The notes beneath the pieces were generated by a model that was given only the letters and a program-made list of their open reading frames with translations, was not told where the DNA came from and searched no databases. The translations under genes were made by a program, and so were the position numbers. A stretch of 64,000 nt of DNA from Escherichia coli (GTDB lineage Bacteria; Pseudomonadota; Gammaproteobacteria; Enterobacterales; Enterobacteriaceae): NCBI RefSeq assembly GCF_003334385.1, contig NZ_QOWN01000003.1; one strand, written 5' to 3'. This document shows, piece after piece, positions 46,369 to 58,065 of this stretch (its first letter is position 1; the number at the start of each line of letters is the position of its first letter).

Positions 46369-46458
46369 ATGAGCACCGACCTTAAATTTTCACTGGTAAC
46401 AACGATTATCGTCCTCGGTTTGATCGTAGCCGTGGGTTTGACTGCCGCGCTGCACTGA
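46369..46458 (+). CDS. ynhF: 29-aa single-TM small membrane protein
   Basis: Not in the ORF track. ATG at 46369 preceded by Shine-Dalgarno AAGGAG (46355-46360); encodes MSTDLKFSLVTTIIVLGLIVAVGLTAALH; a stem-loop follows the stop. Matches the small protein YnhF as recalled. Confidence 0.6.
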   Translation: MSTDLKFSLVTTIIVLGLIVAVGLTAALH

Positions 46459-46623
46459 TTTCCTCTCGAGGGAGCGCGTTCTCCCTCGCATCTCCTTCCT
46501 GTTTGTTAGCAAAATGGCAAAAGTGTTTTCTCTTTTTGTTATTTTCATTTTTTTGTGATTGCTGTCATGCTTTCGCCACTTTAATGAATATCGCGTAATG
46601 ACGCGAAGAGGTGGAGATAAGGC

Positions 46624-47793
46624 ATGAAAATTAACTATCCGTTGCTGGCGCTGGCGATTGGCGCGTTTGGTATCGGGACAACGGAGTTCTCGCCAATGGG
46701 CTTGTTGCCCGTCATTGCGCGCGGTGTGGATGTCTCGATTCCCGCTGCCGGAATGTTAATCAGTGCCTATGCAGTTGGCGTAATGGTTGGCGCGCCGCTG
46801 ATGACGCTTCTACTTTCTCATCGTGCCCGCCGCAGTGCGTTGATTTTCCTGATGGCAATTTTCACGCTCGGCAACGTACTTTCCGCCATCGCGCCGGATT
46901 ATATGACCCTGATGCTTTCACGCATTTTGACCAGCCTGAATCACGGAGCATTTTTTGGTTTGGGTTCAGTCGTGGCCGCAAGCGTGGTGCCAAAACATAA
47001 ACAGGCCAGCGCAGTTGCCACTATGTTTATGGGGTTAACCCTGGCAAATATCGGTGGCGTGCCGGCGGCGACCTGGTTGGGTGAAACCATCGGCTGGCGG
47101 ATGTCATTTCTGGCAACGGCGGGGCTGGGAGTGATTTCAATGGTAAGTCTGTTCTTCTCATTACCTAAAGGTGGTGCAGGGGCACGACCTGAAGTGAAAA
47201 AAGAGCTGGCGGTATTAATGCGTCCGCAGGTGCTGTCTGCATTGCTGACGACGGTACTGGGAGCTGGTGCAATGTTTACTCTCTACACCTATATCTCTCC
47301 GGTACTGCAAAGTATTACCCACGCAACACCGGTGTTCGTCACGGCAATGCTGGTGCTGATTGGTGTCGGATTCTCTATCGGTAACTATCTCGGCGGCAAA
47401 CTGGCAGATCGTTCAGTTAACGGCACGTTGAAAGGCTTTTTGTTGTTGTTGATGGTGATTATGCTGGCAATCCCGTTCCTGGCCCGCAATGAGTTCGGCG
47501 CAGCTATTAGCATGGTGGTGTGGGGCGCAGCAACCTTTGCGGTCGTACCGCCGTTACAGATGCGCGTGATGCGTGTCGCCAGTGAAGCGCCAGGTCTGTC
47601 TTCATCAGTCAATATTGGTGCCTTTAATCTTGGAAATGCGCTGGGAGCAGCTGCTGGTGGTGCGGTAATTTCCGCTGGGCTGGGATACAGCTTTGTGCCG
47701 GTGATGGGAGCGATTGTCGCGGGACTGGCATTATTGCTGGTGTTTATGTCAGCCAGAAAACAACCTGAAACAGTTTGCGTTGCTAACAGCTAA
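46624..47793 (+). CDS. ydhP: MFS transporter
   Basis: 389-aa polytopic ORF. Confidence 0.82.
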   Translation: MKINYPLLALAIGAFGIGTTEFSPMGLLPVIARGVDVSIPAAGMLISAYAVGVMVGAPLMTLLLSHRARRSALIFLMAIFTLGNVLSAIAPDYMTLMLSRILTSLNHGAFFGLGSVVAASVVPKHKQASAVATMFMGLTLANIGGVPAATWLGETIGWRMSFLATAGLGVISMVSLFFSLPKGGAGARPEVKKELAVLMRPQVLSALLTTVLGAGAMFTLYTYISPVLQSITHATPVFVTAMLVLIGVGFSIGNYLGGKLADRSVNGTLKGFLLLLMVIMLAIPFLARNEFGAAISMVVWGAATFAVVPPLQMRVMRVASEAPGLSSSVNIGAFNLGNALGAAAGGAVISAGLGYSFVPVMGAIVAGLALLLVFMSARKQPETVCVANS

Positions 47794-47856
47794 TTAAACA
47801 AAAACGCAGAAGGATAACCTTCTGCGTTACAGTTGCTGACAACGTGCGATTTATCT

Positions 47857-48005
47857 TGCCGGATGCGGTGTTAACGACTCATCCGCGTTGACATGAAAAG
47901 ACGCGTTAGGCGTCGTATCATGCAGCGCTTGTCGGATGCGGCGAGTGCCTTATCCGACCTACATCGATGATCCGCGTAGGCCTGATAAGCGTAGCGCTTC
48001 AGGCA
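47857..48005. repeat. cluster of REP (repetitive extragenic palindrome) elements
   Basis: Several copies of REP-like motifs (GCCGGATGCGG..., GTCGGATGCGGCG...CTTATCCGACCTAC, GTAGGCCTGATAAGCGTAGCGC) between ydhP and sodB. Confidence 0.75.
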
Positions 48006-48027
48006 ATGCTGCATTTGCCATCAGTTA

Positions 48028-48609
48028 TTATGCAGCGAGATTTTTCGCTACGAATTCCCAGTTCACCAGCGCCCAGAAGTGCTCCAGATAGCCAGGACGT
48101 GCATTGCGATAGTCGATGTAATAAGCGTGTTCCCAGACATCAACGGTCAGCAGCGGAGTCGCATCGGTGGTCAGCGGAGTACCCGCGTTAGAGGTTGAAA
48201 CGATAGCCAGTTTGCCATCGCTGTTTTTCACCAGCCAGGTCCAGCCAGAACCAAAGTTTTTGATCGCTGCATCAGTAAACTGCGCTTTGAAATCGGCAAA
48301 GCTGCCAAAAGATGCGGCGATAGCTTCAGCGACTTTTCCAGTCGGTTCGCCACCGGCGTTCGGTGCCAGGCAGTTCCAGTAGAAAGTATGGTTCCAGACC
48401 TGAGCTGCGTTGTTGAATACGCCACCTTCAGAGCTGCGAATAATCTCTTCCAGTGATTTACCTTCAAACGCGGTACCTTTAATCAGGTTGTTCAGGTTAG
48501 TGACATAAGTCTGATGGTGCTTGCCGTAGTGATACTCGATGGTTTCCGCAGAAATGTGCGGTGCCAGAGCATCTTTAGCATATGGTAGTGCAGGTAATTC
48601 GAATGACAT
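48028..48609 (-). CDS. sodB: iron superoxide dismutase
   Basis: 193-aa ORF starting [42 protein letters not shown], recognised as SodB. Confidence 0.96.
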   Translation of the reverse strand: MSFELPALPYAKDALAPHISAETIEYHYGKHHQTYVTNLNNLIKGTAFEGKSLEEIIRSSEGGVFNNAAQVWNHTFYWNCLAPNAGGEPTGKVAEAIAASFGSFADFKAQFTDAAIKNFGSGWTWLVKNSDGKLAIVSTSNAGTPLTTDATPLLTVDVWEHAYYIDYRNARPGYLEHFWALVNWEFVAKNLAA

Positions 48610-48736
48610 TGCTACTCTCCTTTATTATTAATTTGCATACGTACAATAGCCTTATTGTGCGTATGGATAGGGTAGCAAATTAAAAGGTGAGACAAAAGAT
48701 GAACTTACCCTGTTGCCGTAACAACAGGGTAAAGTT

Positions 48737-49552
48737 TTAGCGAAGTGTTTTTGGGGTCATTACCCGACGAGCGCCAACATAGTGGCGCTGCCAGTAGTCT
48801 TCACTGAGAGAAGTGATTTGAATTTCCTGACCTGTGCGCGGTGACTGAATAAATTTGCCGTTGCCGACATACACGCCGACATGATCGGCTGTGCCGCGTC
48901 CCTGAGTACGGAAAAAGACCAGGTCGCCGTTTTTCAGTTCACTACGTTCGATTGGCGCTGCATCACGCAGGTGATACATTTCATTCGCCGTACGCGGAAT
49001 ACGAATTTTCACCAAATCTTTATAAGCGTAATAAACCAGGCCGCTGCAATCAAAACCGGTACGCGGTGAGCTGCCACCCCAACGATATGGCTTACCAATT
49101 TGCTGCATCAGTTTATTCATTGCCACCTTCGTAGCTTTTTGCACCTTCGCTTTGTGCGCGTCGGCAAGAGTTCCTGACGCGGCATTTTTGACTTTCACAC
49201 AATGCGATTTATAGCCCTTACGTTTGGTACACTTTTCGGTAAAGCTGGCTGAGGCCGTTTTATTGACGGCGTGTTTGCTGCGAGTTTTGGCGTTTTTAGA
49301 AGCGGTAATGGAAGATTTTTTAACGGAAGAAGCGGTTTTGCTTTTGGTCGTACTTTTACTGGCGGCTTTTTTCGCTGTTTTCTGGGTCTTTTTGGTGGTT
49401 GCCGTGCTTTTCTTTTTATCTGCTTTTTTGGTGATATGAGTGGTAGCAGAACTCTCCCTGGCTTGCTTTGAAGCATGGGCCATAGGCGTTAAAGGCAGGG
49501 TGGTAAAAAGTAAAGCACAGAGCGTGATCGAAATACGGTTTATCCGCGCCAC
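48737..49552 (-). CDS. mepH: NlpC/P60-family peptidoglycan endopeptidase (ydhO)
   Basis: 271-aa ORF with signal peptide, Lys/Thr/Ser-rich low-complexity linker and C-terminal NlpC/P60 domain (catalytic Cys in DCSGLV). Confidence 0.82.
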   Translation of the reverse strand: MARINRISITLCALLFTTLPLTPMAHASKQARESSATTHITKKADKKKSTATTKKTQKTAKKAASKSTTKSKTASSVKKSSITASKNAKTRSKHAVNKTASASFTEKCTKRKGYKSHCVKVKNAASGTLADAHKAKVQKATKVAMNKLMQQIGKPYRWGGSSPRTGFDCSGLVYYAYKDLVKIRIPRTANEMYHLRDAAPIERSELKNGDLVFFRTQGRGTADHVGVYVGNGKFIQSPRTGQEIQITSLSEDYWQRHYVGARRVMTPKTLR

Positions 49553-49885
49553 TGAGCGTCCCTCTGTTAAGGCAGGTCTATCATGCCTGCGTCTGATTTA
49601 CAAAACTTGATGATTCTAATGTATAGAAGAAGAGAAAGTTAATAGCTTTTATTGTTAAAAAATACGTTTCGTTGGCGAGCGCAAAAAAATGCAGCAGTGA
49701 AAGCTAAAAATGGTTATAAATACGCCAGTTTGCCGGCATCAGAGAAGAAACGAATATTTGAAATGCAACAAATAGAGCAAAGGGATAAAATAGCAAAAGC
49801 GTGATGAAAATGTTATTTTCCGATGCCGCACTGACCCGCTACAATGTCAGATTACTGCCGTAAAGAAGTTTGAGGAAGCAAGACA

Positions 49886-50233
49886 ATGAGCACCACTATC
49901 GAAAAAATCCAACGCCAGATTGCTGAAAACCCGATCCTGCTGTACATGAAAGGTTCACCGAAACTGCCGAGCTGCGGTTTCTCTGCCCAGGCAGTCCAGG
50001 CGCTTGCCGCATGTGGCGAACGTTTTGCCTATGTTGATATTCTGCAGAATCCGGACATTCGTGCGGAACTGCCGAAATATGCTAACTGGCCGACCTTCCC
50101 GCAACTGTGGGTTGACGGCGAGCTGGTCGGCGGTTGTGATATCGTGATCGAAATGTATCAGCGTGGCGAACTGCAGCAGCTGATCAAAGAAACTGCCGCT
50201 AAATACAAGTCTGAAGAGCCGGACGCGGAATAA
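49886..50233 (+). CDS. grxD: monothiol glutaredoxin (Grx4)
   Basis: 115-aa ORF with the CGFS active-site motif (PSCGFS). Confidence 0.93.
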   Translation: MSTTIEKIQRQIAENPILLYMKGSPKLPSCGFSAQAVQALAACGERFAYVDILQNPDIRAELPKYANWPTFPQLWVDGELVGGCDIVIEMYQRGELQQLIKETAAKYKSEEPDAE

Positions 50234-50249
50234 TCCGTCCTGCAATACT

Positions 50250-50273
50250 GACGGATGCGAACGGGCATCCGTC
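50250..50273 (+). terminator. hairpin downstream of grxD
   Basis: GACGGATGC-GAACGG-GCATCCGTC followed by a moderately T-rich tract. Confidence 0.45.
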
Positions 50274-50283
50274 AGTCCTTTCT

Positions 50284-53200
50284 CTATCCCCAATCCAGCC
50301 CTTGTGGCGAACTTGAAAATCCCGCCTCACGCAGCAGCGTAAACATCGGCGTTTGCCGGACCGGTAGATCATTCACTTCTGTTAGCGTAAAGCGCAGCCG
50401 TGGTTCGCGACGCAGTGCGGTAGTCAGCGCGTGGAAAACCTCTGGGGCGAGTAATTCCTCTTTTTCCTGCCAGACCAGCATTTTTTTGCCACCTTGCGCC
50501 AGATAGAGTAACAATTTGCCGCCAGAAACGACCACCAGCGCACCCGCCCGACGCGTTGGAACCAGCGTTGCCGGATGTGCAGGCCAGGGCAGAAGATTTC
50601 CCCACACATTAGCCGGATCGTTGGCAGAGAGCGCCACTGGTGTATAGTGGCGCGTTTGCGTGGCTTGTGTCGCCAGATCGCGCAATCGGTCAATAGTCAG
50701 ACGTTCAGCGAATTGCGCGCCACCCAGACCTTCTACAAAACGACCTCGCATAATTCGCCCGGAGTCTTCCATACTTCGACAAAGCGTTTGCATCGATGGA
50801 AACCCGCCAGGGATATTTTCGGCTATCACCGCCTGACGACTGATGATGCCGTAGCGGTCGAGCATATTTTCCGCCAGCGCCAGCATCCTTTCGGTATCGT
50901 TTAGTGGCTCCACCTGCAATAACGACCAGCGTCCAGCCAGATTTGGTGTGTTGTAAGATACCCGCGGCGAGACGGGTTGCGCATAGACAGGACGTCCACG
51001 ACGAGCCCGGTGACTGCGGCGAGTTGAGGTGCGTGCGTTGGAACTGCTGCGGGTGAGGGCGCGTAACGGTGCCCAAATGTCGCTGGTGATGACGCCTTGC
51101 CAGACCAGCGCCCATAACGCCTCTTGCAGGGCAGAGAGATCAACCGATTCGCCGATTTTGTCGCGTATCCGTTGGCTGATTTGTTGTGCAAACCAGGCTC
51201 CTCCGTCAGCCAGAACAGCGACTATCGCTTGTTGCAGCGCCGAACGATTCGCCTGATCCGCTTCGGCGGGAGTGAACGATTCTGCAGCATATTCCTGTAG
51301 ATGCAGTGCCACCAGGCCGTCATCTTCACCCAGTTTTTTTGCCCCGACCAGATAACCGCACCGGTTGCCAGTAATTCATCGAGCATTTCTGACGAATAGT
51401 CGCGTACGCGGGCAGGCAGGATCTGGCTTTCCCAGAGTGAGGCGGGTAAACCGACTCCGGCAAGCTGTTCGATCACCCGCATCACGCCATCTACGCCCTC
51501 ATAAACGCCTGGCGATGTTGAGGCAAAGAGCGCCGGGCTACCATCGGTGGCGGGTAATACGCCCTGACGTTCCAGCAGCAATCGCGCATAGGTCGTGGCT
51601 GCAACGGGACGCGTCGCTTCTCTGGCGGCTTGCAGCGAGCGCAAACGCAGACGACGAAATACTTCATCGCTCACCCAGATGTCTTGTTGCAGATTCATCA
51701 CCAGACCCTGTTCACGCAGTTGCTGAAGCTGCTCTTCGACAATGGCAATACCGAGACTAAACTCATGAGCCAGTTGTTCAGCCGTGACCAGAGCATGAGC
51801 CCGGAGATAGCGCAGAAAGAGGTCGCGAAGCGGGTAACTGACTCTATGTAAATAAATCTCTGGCAATGACTCTGGTAGTCGTACGCCGAGGGCATCACGC
51901 AGCCTGGCGGCATCATCCATACAGGCAAGACGCTCCTGTCCGCTAATCATCGCTGGGAAGATTCGTTTTACTGCAAGAAGATTTTCCAGATACGACGCAA
52001 CCTCTTCACTGCTGCCTGTATGCCGTTGCGCCAGGTCTTCAACGGTCATTGGCCCCAGTTCGCGCAGCAGGTCGAACAATCCTTCTTCACCTTTCGCTCT
52101 TCTGCCAGGAGCCAGTCGTTGCAACTCTTCTTCCACCTGGCGAATGACCTGCGGGTCGAGTAATTCCCCCGGATCGACCTGTCCGAGTAGATTGCGCAGT
52201 AACTCGCTGTCCAGCGACAGTACGGATGCCCGGCGCTCTGCCAGCGGGGCGTCGCTCTGGTACATAAATTCCGCGACATAGCCGAACAATAAACTTGTGG
52301 CGAAAGGCGAGGGCGTAGTGGTCGTTACATCGGATATTTGAATTTCGCCACCGTTCAGGCGACGCATCAAACGTTCCAGTGCGGGAAGATCATAAACATC
52401 TTGCAGACATTCGCGTAGGGTTTCGAGAATGACCGGAAAATCCGGATATCCCTGAGCGATTTCCAGCAACTGACTGGCGCGCAGCCGTTGTTGCCAAAGC
52501 GGGGTGCGATGGCCCGGAGTGCGCCCCGGCATTAATAATGCCCGCGCGGCGCATTCGCGAAAACGGGCGGCGAAAAGTGCCGAGCTGCCTACCGCCTCGC
52601 GGACAATTTGCAGCAACTTTTCTGGTTCAAACAAAAAAATCGCGGCATCGGGCAATTTACCATCGGTGTCAGGAATACGTGCAACAATGCCGTCATCACT
52701 GGCGACCACCGACGCGTCAGCGCCCCATAGCGCATGTATTCGCCCGGCAATCGCCACCGCCCAGGGTTCATGCACCCGTCTTCCATAGGGAGAGTGCAAA
52801 ATAATACGCCAGTCACCAATTTCATCACGGCACCGTTCGAGGACCAGATGGCGACTCCCCGGAACGATGCCCGTCGCGTTGCGCTGCTCCTCAATCAACC
52901 CCTGAATATTGGCGATCGTATTTTCTTCTGCCAGCCACGGGGGAATAGTCCCGGAAAAGAACGCGCCATCCGCCAGCAAATGAAGAAAATCGCCGATCAT
53001 CTCGCCTAATTCAGCCGGACGTCCGTTACCTTCACCACGCCAGAAGGGGAGCCGGGCAGAACGACCCGGAGCAGGAGTCACAATCACCTGATCGCGGGTG
53101 ATTTGCTGGATCCGCCATGAGGTAGCGCCGAGAGTGATAATGTCGTTCACCCGCGACTCATATACCATCTCCTCATCCAGTTCACCCACCCGCCGCGAAC

Positions 53201-54899
53201 CGGCCTTTTCTTCACCTTCGGGTAATAACACGCTATACATGCCACGATCCGGAATGGTGCCGCCGCTGGTAACCGCCAACAATTGAGCGCCAGGTCGGGC
53301 GGTCAATATCCCGGTCTCCCTGTTCCAGACCAGTTTGGGGCGAAAAGCAGAAAAATCGCCAGAGGGATAGCGCCCGGAAAGCATATCCAGCGTGGCGTCA
53401 AAAACACGTCTTGGCAGATCTTTCCACGGTGCGGCACGGCGTACGCGGGAGTACCATTCGTCTACCTGTAATGCATCCATCGCCGCGGCGGCAACGGTTT
53501 GCTGCGCAAGGACGTCGAGAGGATTATGCGGTGGTGTCAGGTTTTCCAGCCTGCCTGCGAACATACACTCTACAATGACTGCGGAATCGACTAAATCACG
53601 CCGGGTACGGGGGAAAAACAGCCCTTTAGATACACCGCCAACCTGATGTCCGGCGCGACCAATGCGTTGTAACCCACTGGCAACAGAAAGCGGCGTTGCC
53701 ACCTGAATCACCAGATCCACCGCGCCCATATCAATCCCCAGTTCAAGACTGGAGGTTGCGACCACGCAGCGTAATTCACCCGATTTCAGCGCCTGTTCGG
53801 TGATTGCTCGTTGTTCTTTAGAGACGGAGCCGTGGTGTGAGCGGGCAATAAAAACGTCGCTACTTTGTACACGGTTAGAGGTTGCGCCGGAGGTCGACTC
53901 GAAATGGGCCGCATCAACGGCGATAGACGGGGAACGCTGTAAGCGTGCGGCGTAAAGCTCATTTAATCGTGCCGTCAGTTTTTCCGCCAGCCCCCGCGAA
54001 TTAGTAAAGACAATGGTCGAGCGATGGCGCAACACTTCATCAAGGATACCCGTTTCAATATATGGCCAGATGGAGCCTTCCCGGCCGGCATGGCTGTCTT
54101 CGCCGGTGCCGCTGGCGACCGATGAGACATCATCCATATTGGCGACCGGTACGACAATTCGTATCTGCGGATGGCGCATTGCGGGCGGGTTGACTACCGT
54201 AACCGGGCGATCGCCACCAAGAAATGCTGCCACATCGCTGGCTGAGCGCACAGTGGCAGAAAGGCCAATTCGCTGTGCTGAGGTGTGGAGCAGCGCATCG
54301 AGCCGCTCCAGACTTAACGCCAGATGCGCACCACGTTTACTGCCCGCTACCGCGTGGACTTCATCAATAATTACCGTTTCGACGCCGCGTAGCGTTTCGC
54401 GCGCGCGGGAGGTCAGCATCAGATAGAGTGATTCGGGTGTGGTGATCAGAATATCCGGCGGATTACGGGTGAGTTTGCTGCGTTCCTGTGCAGGCGTATC
54501 GCCAGTACGGATCCCTACGCGAAGATTGACTTCCGTTTCGCCGCGCCGCCGCCGTTCATCGGCAATACCCTTCAACGGGATCTGCAAGTTGCGCTGAACG
54601 TCGGTGCCCAGGGCTTTTATCGGTGAAATATAGAGGATGCGTGAGGTTTTACGCTTATGCGCCTCGCGGGTATTTTCGCCGCCTTCGCGGAAGAGCCGAT
54701 CGAGGGCGTAGAGAAATGCTGCCAGCGTTTTCCCGGAGCCGGTCGGTGCAATCACCAGCGCATGTTCGCTTCGCGCCGCCACATGCCAGGTTTGCGGCTG
54801 GACAGCGGTCGGCTGTTTAAAGGCGCGAAGAAACCAGTCGCGGGTCGCCGGTGAAAACACGTCCGGCAGGAGCGATGAAGGGTCTGGATTATCTGCCAT
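50284..54899 (-). pseudogene. lhr: Lhr-type large SF2 helicase, reading frame interrupted by an apparent -1 frameshift
   Basis: Two overlapping minus-strand ORFs (51222..54899, 1225 aa with Walker A APTGSGKT and DEVH box; 50284..51312, 342 aa) together cover one helicase; span is 4616 nt (not a multiple of 3); candidate site is the T7 run at 51334-51340. Confidence 0.65.
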
Positions 54900-54991
54900 T
54901 AACGCTATTCCCCGTGAATATCATGCAGGATGCGTGGAATAGCCTCACTATAGATGCCTGAATCATTGCATGTCATCAGGCATCGACTCGA

Positions 54992-55639
54992 TTACACCTC
55001 TTCGGCGGCAGATAGCGGCCAGCCTCCCAGACGTTTCCAGCGGTTGACGATTTCACAAAACAGCACAGCAGTGCGTTCGGTGTCGTACAGCGCGGAGTGC
55101 GCCTGGGTGCTGTCGAAGTCCATGCCAGCGGTCTGGCAAGCCTTTGACAATACGGTTTGTCCGAGTGCCAGCCCGGCCAGTGCAGCAGTGTCAAAAGTGG
55201 CGAAAGGGTGGAACGGGTTACGTTTCAGTGAGGCGCGTTCTGCGGCGGCCATCATAAAGCTGTGATCAAAATTGGCATTGTGCGCCACCATAATGGCGCG
55301 GTTACAGCCGCTCGCTTTAATACCTTTACGTACAACTTTAAAAATTTCGTGCAGCGCCTCGTATTCGCTGACCGCGCCGCGATCGGGATCGTTCGGGTCA
55401 ATGCCGTTGAAGGCGAGGGCTTCTGGTTGCAAATTTGCGCCGACAAATGGTTCGACGTGGAAATGTAATGTGGTGTCCGGCATCAGCCAGCCTTGTTCAT
55501 CCATTTTCAGGGTGATGGCGGCAATCTCAAGCAGCGCATCGGTTTTGGCGTTAAATCCGGCTGTTTCAACATCGATCACAACAGGATAAAAACCACGAAA
55601 ACGGTCGCACAGACCGGTAAGTTGAGCGTTATCGGACAT
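54992..55639 (-). CDS. rnt: ribonuclease T (DEDDh 3'-5' exoribonuclease)
   Basis: 215-aa ORF; N-terminal exonuclease motif in [10 protein letters not shown]. Confidence 0.92.
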   Translation of the reverse strand: MSDNAQLTGLCDRFRGFYPVVIDVETAGFNAKTDALLEIAAITLKMDEQGWLMPDTTLHFHVEPFVGANLQPEALAFNGIDPNDPDRGAVSEYEALHEIFKVVRKGIKASGCNRAIMVAHNANFDHSFMMAAAERASLKRNPFHPFATFDTAALAGLALGQTVLSKACQTAGMDFDSTQAHSALYDTERTAVLFCEIVNRWKRLGGWPLSAAEEV

Positions 55640-55741
55640 CTGATTCTCTTAATACGGATAAATTGCAGCGCGCATTATGACAAATATTACTTGTCGATGC
55701 AGTAAAGATGCGGGCGCGATGAGTTCACGCCCGGCAGGAGA

Positions 55742-56149
55742 TTAGTTGCCCAGACCGCGACCGGCGTCTTTCTCTTCGATTAACTCAATTTTGTAACCGT
55801 CCGGATCTTCCACAAACGCGATAACCGTAGTACCGCCTTTTACCGGACCCGCTTCACGGGTCACGTTACCCCCGTTTTGACGGATTTTTTCGCACGCTTC
55901 AGCGGCGTTATCTACGCTAAGCGCGATGTGACCATAAGCAGTGCCGAGTTCGTATTTATCCACGCCCCAGTTGTAGGTCAGTTCAATCACCGCTTCTTCG
56001 GTTTCCGGGCCGTAGCCAACAAACGCCAGTGAGTATTTGTATTCCGGGTTTTCGCTGGTACGCAGCAGTTTCATGCCCAGCACTTTGGTATAAAAATCGA
56101 TGGAGCGTTGCAAATCGCCAACGCGCAGCATGGTATGAAGAAGACGCAT
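55742..56149 (-). CDS. gloA: glyoxalase I (lactoylglutathione lyase)
   Basis: 135-aa ORF starting [30 protein letters not shown]. Confidence 0.93.
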
Positions 56150-56229
56150 CTTTTTATCCTCAAAATGGCTAACAGATTCAAAATGTTGTTTTAGTATAGC
56201 GGCGGCTTTACGCCGCTCGCAATGTTGGA

Positions 56230-57327
56230 TTACAACGTCGGGTAATCGGTATAGCCTTCCGCGCCGCCACCGTAGAAACTTTCGGCACGCTGTGGGTTAA
56301 GCTCAGCTTTGCGCTGCAAGCGGGCGACCAGATCCGGGTTCGCAATCCAGTCACGACCAAATGCCACCGCATCAATTAACCCTTTGCCGATCAGCGTTTC
56401 AGCTTTTTCTACTGTGTATGCACCTGCGCCGATAATCGGACCGTGGAAACGGGCGCGTACTTTTTCGCGGAACGCATCAGTATACGGTTCACCCCCCGCC
56501 CAATCTGGTTCTGACATATGCAGATAAGCAATGCCGCGTTTACCCAGTTGTTCAATCAGATACAGTGCATCGGCTTCTTCATTCGGGCCGTTATCTGTGT
56601 TCTGGAAAGTACCGATTGGTGAAACGCGAATGCCAATGCGATCGGCACCCCATTCTTCAATCCCGGCATCGACCACTTCCAGTACCAAACGTGCGCGATT
56701 TTCCACGCTGCCGCCGTACTGATCGGTACGATGGTTTGAAGAAGGAGAAAGGAACTGATGCAGCAAATAACCGTGAGCAGAGTGGAGCTCTACCAGATCA
56801 AAACCGGCTTCACGCGCGTTAGCAATGGCCTGACGGAAATCATTGACGATACCTGGAATCTCTTCCAGTTCAAGCGCACGCGGCATGGATGTTTCAACAC
56901 GGATCGCCTGACCATTTTCATCGCGCAGAGAAGTACGTGTTCCCGCGCTAAGTGCTGAAGGCGCTACCGGTGCCTGACCGCCAGGTTGCAGGCTGGCGTG
57001 AGAAATGCGTCCGGTGTGCCACAGCTGCACGGCCATATGACCATTTTCAGCATGAACGCCAGCGGTGATTTTTTTCCATGCGGCAATTTGCTCTGGACTA
57101 TGGATGCCAGGCGCACCTGCATATCCTTTTGCCTGGGCAGAAATTTGCGTGGCTTCACTAATAATCAAACCGGCACTGGCACGTTGGCGATAGTATTCCG
57201 CCATCAACGGGGTAGGAATGTCACCCGGTTCAATACTGCGCAGACGCGTCAGCGGTGCCATAAAAATACGGTTTGCCGCCGTGATCGCGCCCACTTTCAG
57301 TGGGGAATACAGTTTTTCAGATGACAT
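56230..57327 (-). CDS. nemA: N-ethylmaleimide reductase (Old Yellow Enzyme family)
   Basis: 365-aa ORF; nemR-nemA-gloA operon order. Confidence 0.92.
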
Positions 57328-57363
57328 AAAGGCTCCCGGTCGTCTGGTGATAAAAAATGCCTG

Positions 57364-57963
57364 CTAAACGGCAGGCGTCGCAATAATGTTTTTTACATGG
57401 GCCAGCGCGTTTTCCAGTGGCTCGAAACTGCGCGAAATTTTGGCCTGCAGATTCGCGCCAAGCCACAGTGCGTAAAGCACTTGTGCCTGTTGCAGCGGTT
57501 CGCCACAAAAGGTTAAACAATGGTTCTCACGGCCATTTTCCAGCGCCTGAGAGAGCAGGGCGATCACGCCGCGAGCACCTTTATCCATCGCGCTGCGCAT
57601 ATCTTCTGACAGATCGCACACTTCGGCAGAGAGTTTTACTGTCAGGCAACCACTGATGGTTCCATGTTGGCAAAACTGGTTCAGTGTTTGCTGGTAATAA
57701 GCCAGTATGCGGTCGCGGTAGTTACCTTCGCCGGATTGCAGCAACTCAGTCAGTCGCTGGTGATATGCGGCGTAATGACGCTCAAGCATGGCAACGCCAA
57801 ACGCTTCTTTAGAGCGAAAGTAGTGATAGAAGGACCCTTTCGGCACTTCAGCGGTTTTTAGTAATTCGCTTAGCCCCATCCCGGTGAATCCACGTTGCAG
57901 GCAAAGTTGCTCGCCCGTCGCCAGGAGATGTTCGCGAGTATCATGTTCGGTGTGTTTGTTCAT
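57364..57963 (-). CDS. nemR: TetR-family electrophile-sensing repressor
   Basis: 199-aa ORF with an N-terminal TetR HTH, immediately upstream of nemA. Confidence 0.9.
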   Translation of the reverse strand: MNKHTEHDTREHLLATGEQLCLQRGFTGMGLSELLKTAEVPKGSFYHYFRSKEAFGVAMLERHYAAYHQRLTELLQSGEGNYRDRILAYYQQTLNQFCQHGTISGCLTVKLSAEVCDLSEDMRSAMDKGARGVIALLSQALENGRENHCLTFCGEPLQQAQVLYALWLGANLQAKISRSFEPLENALAHVKNIIATPAV

Positions 57964-58065
57964 GCGTTGGAGTGTAGTAGACCAGTCGGTCTAGTGCAAG
58001 CAAAGTTGCTACTTTGGACATTAACAGCTTCAATAATGGTAATAATCTTATCTGAGGAGGGCGAA

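Noticed and set aside
49195-49476. Overlapping ORFs on both strands at 49195..49476 as candidate overlapping genes
   Set aside because: They arise from the low-complexity Lys/Thr/Ser-rich coding DNA of mepH; their products are poly-K/R or poly-F/L and not plausible proteins.
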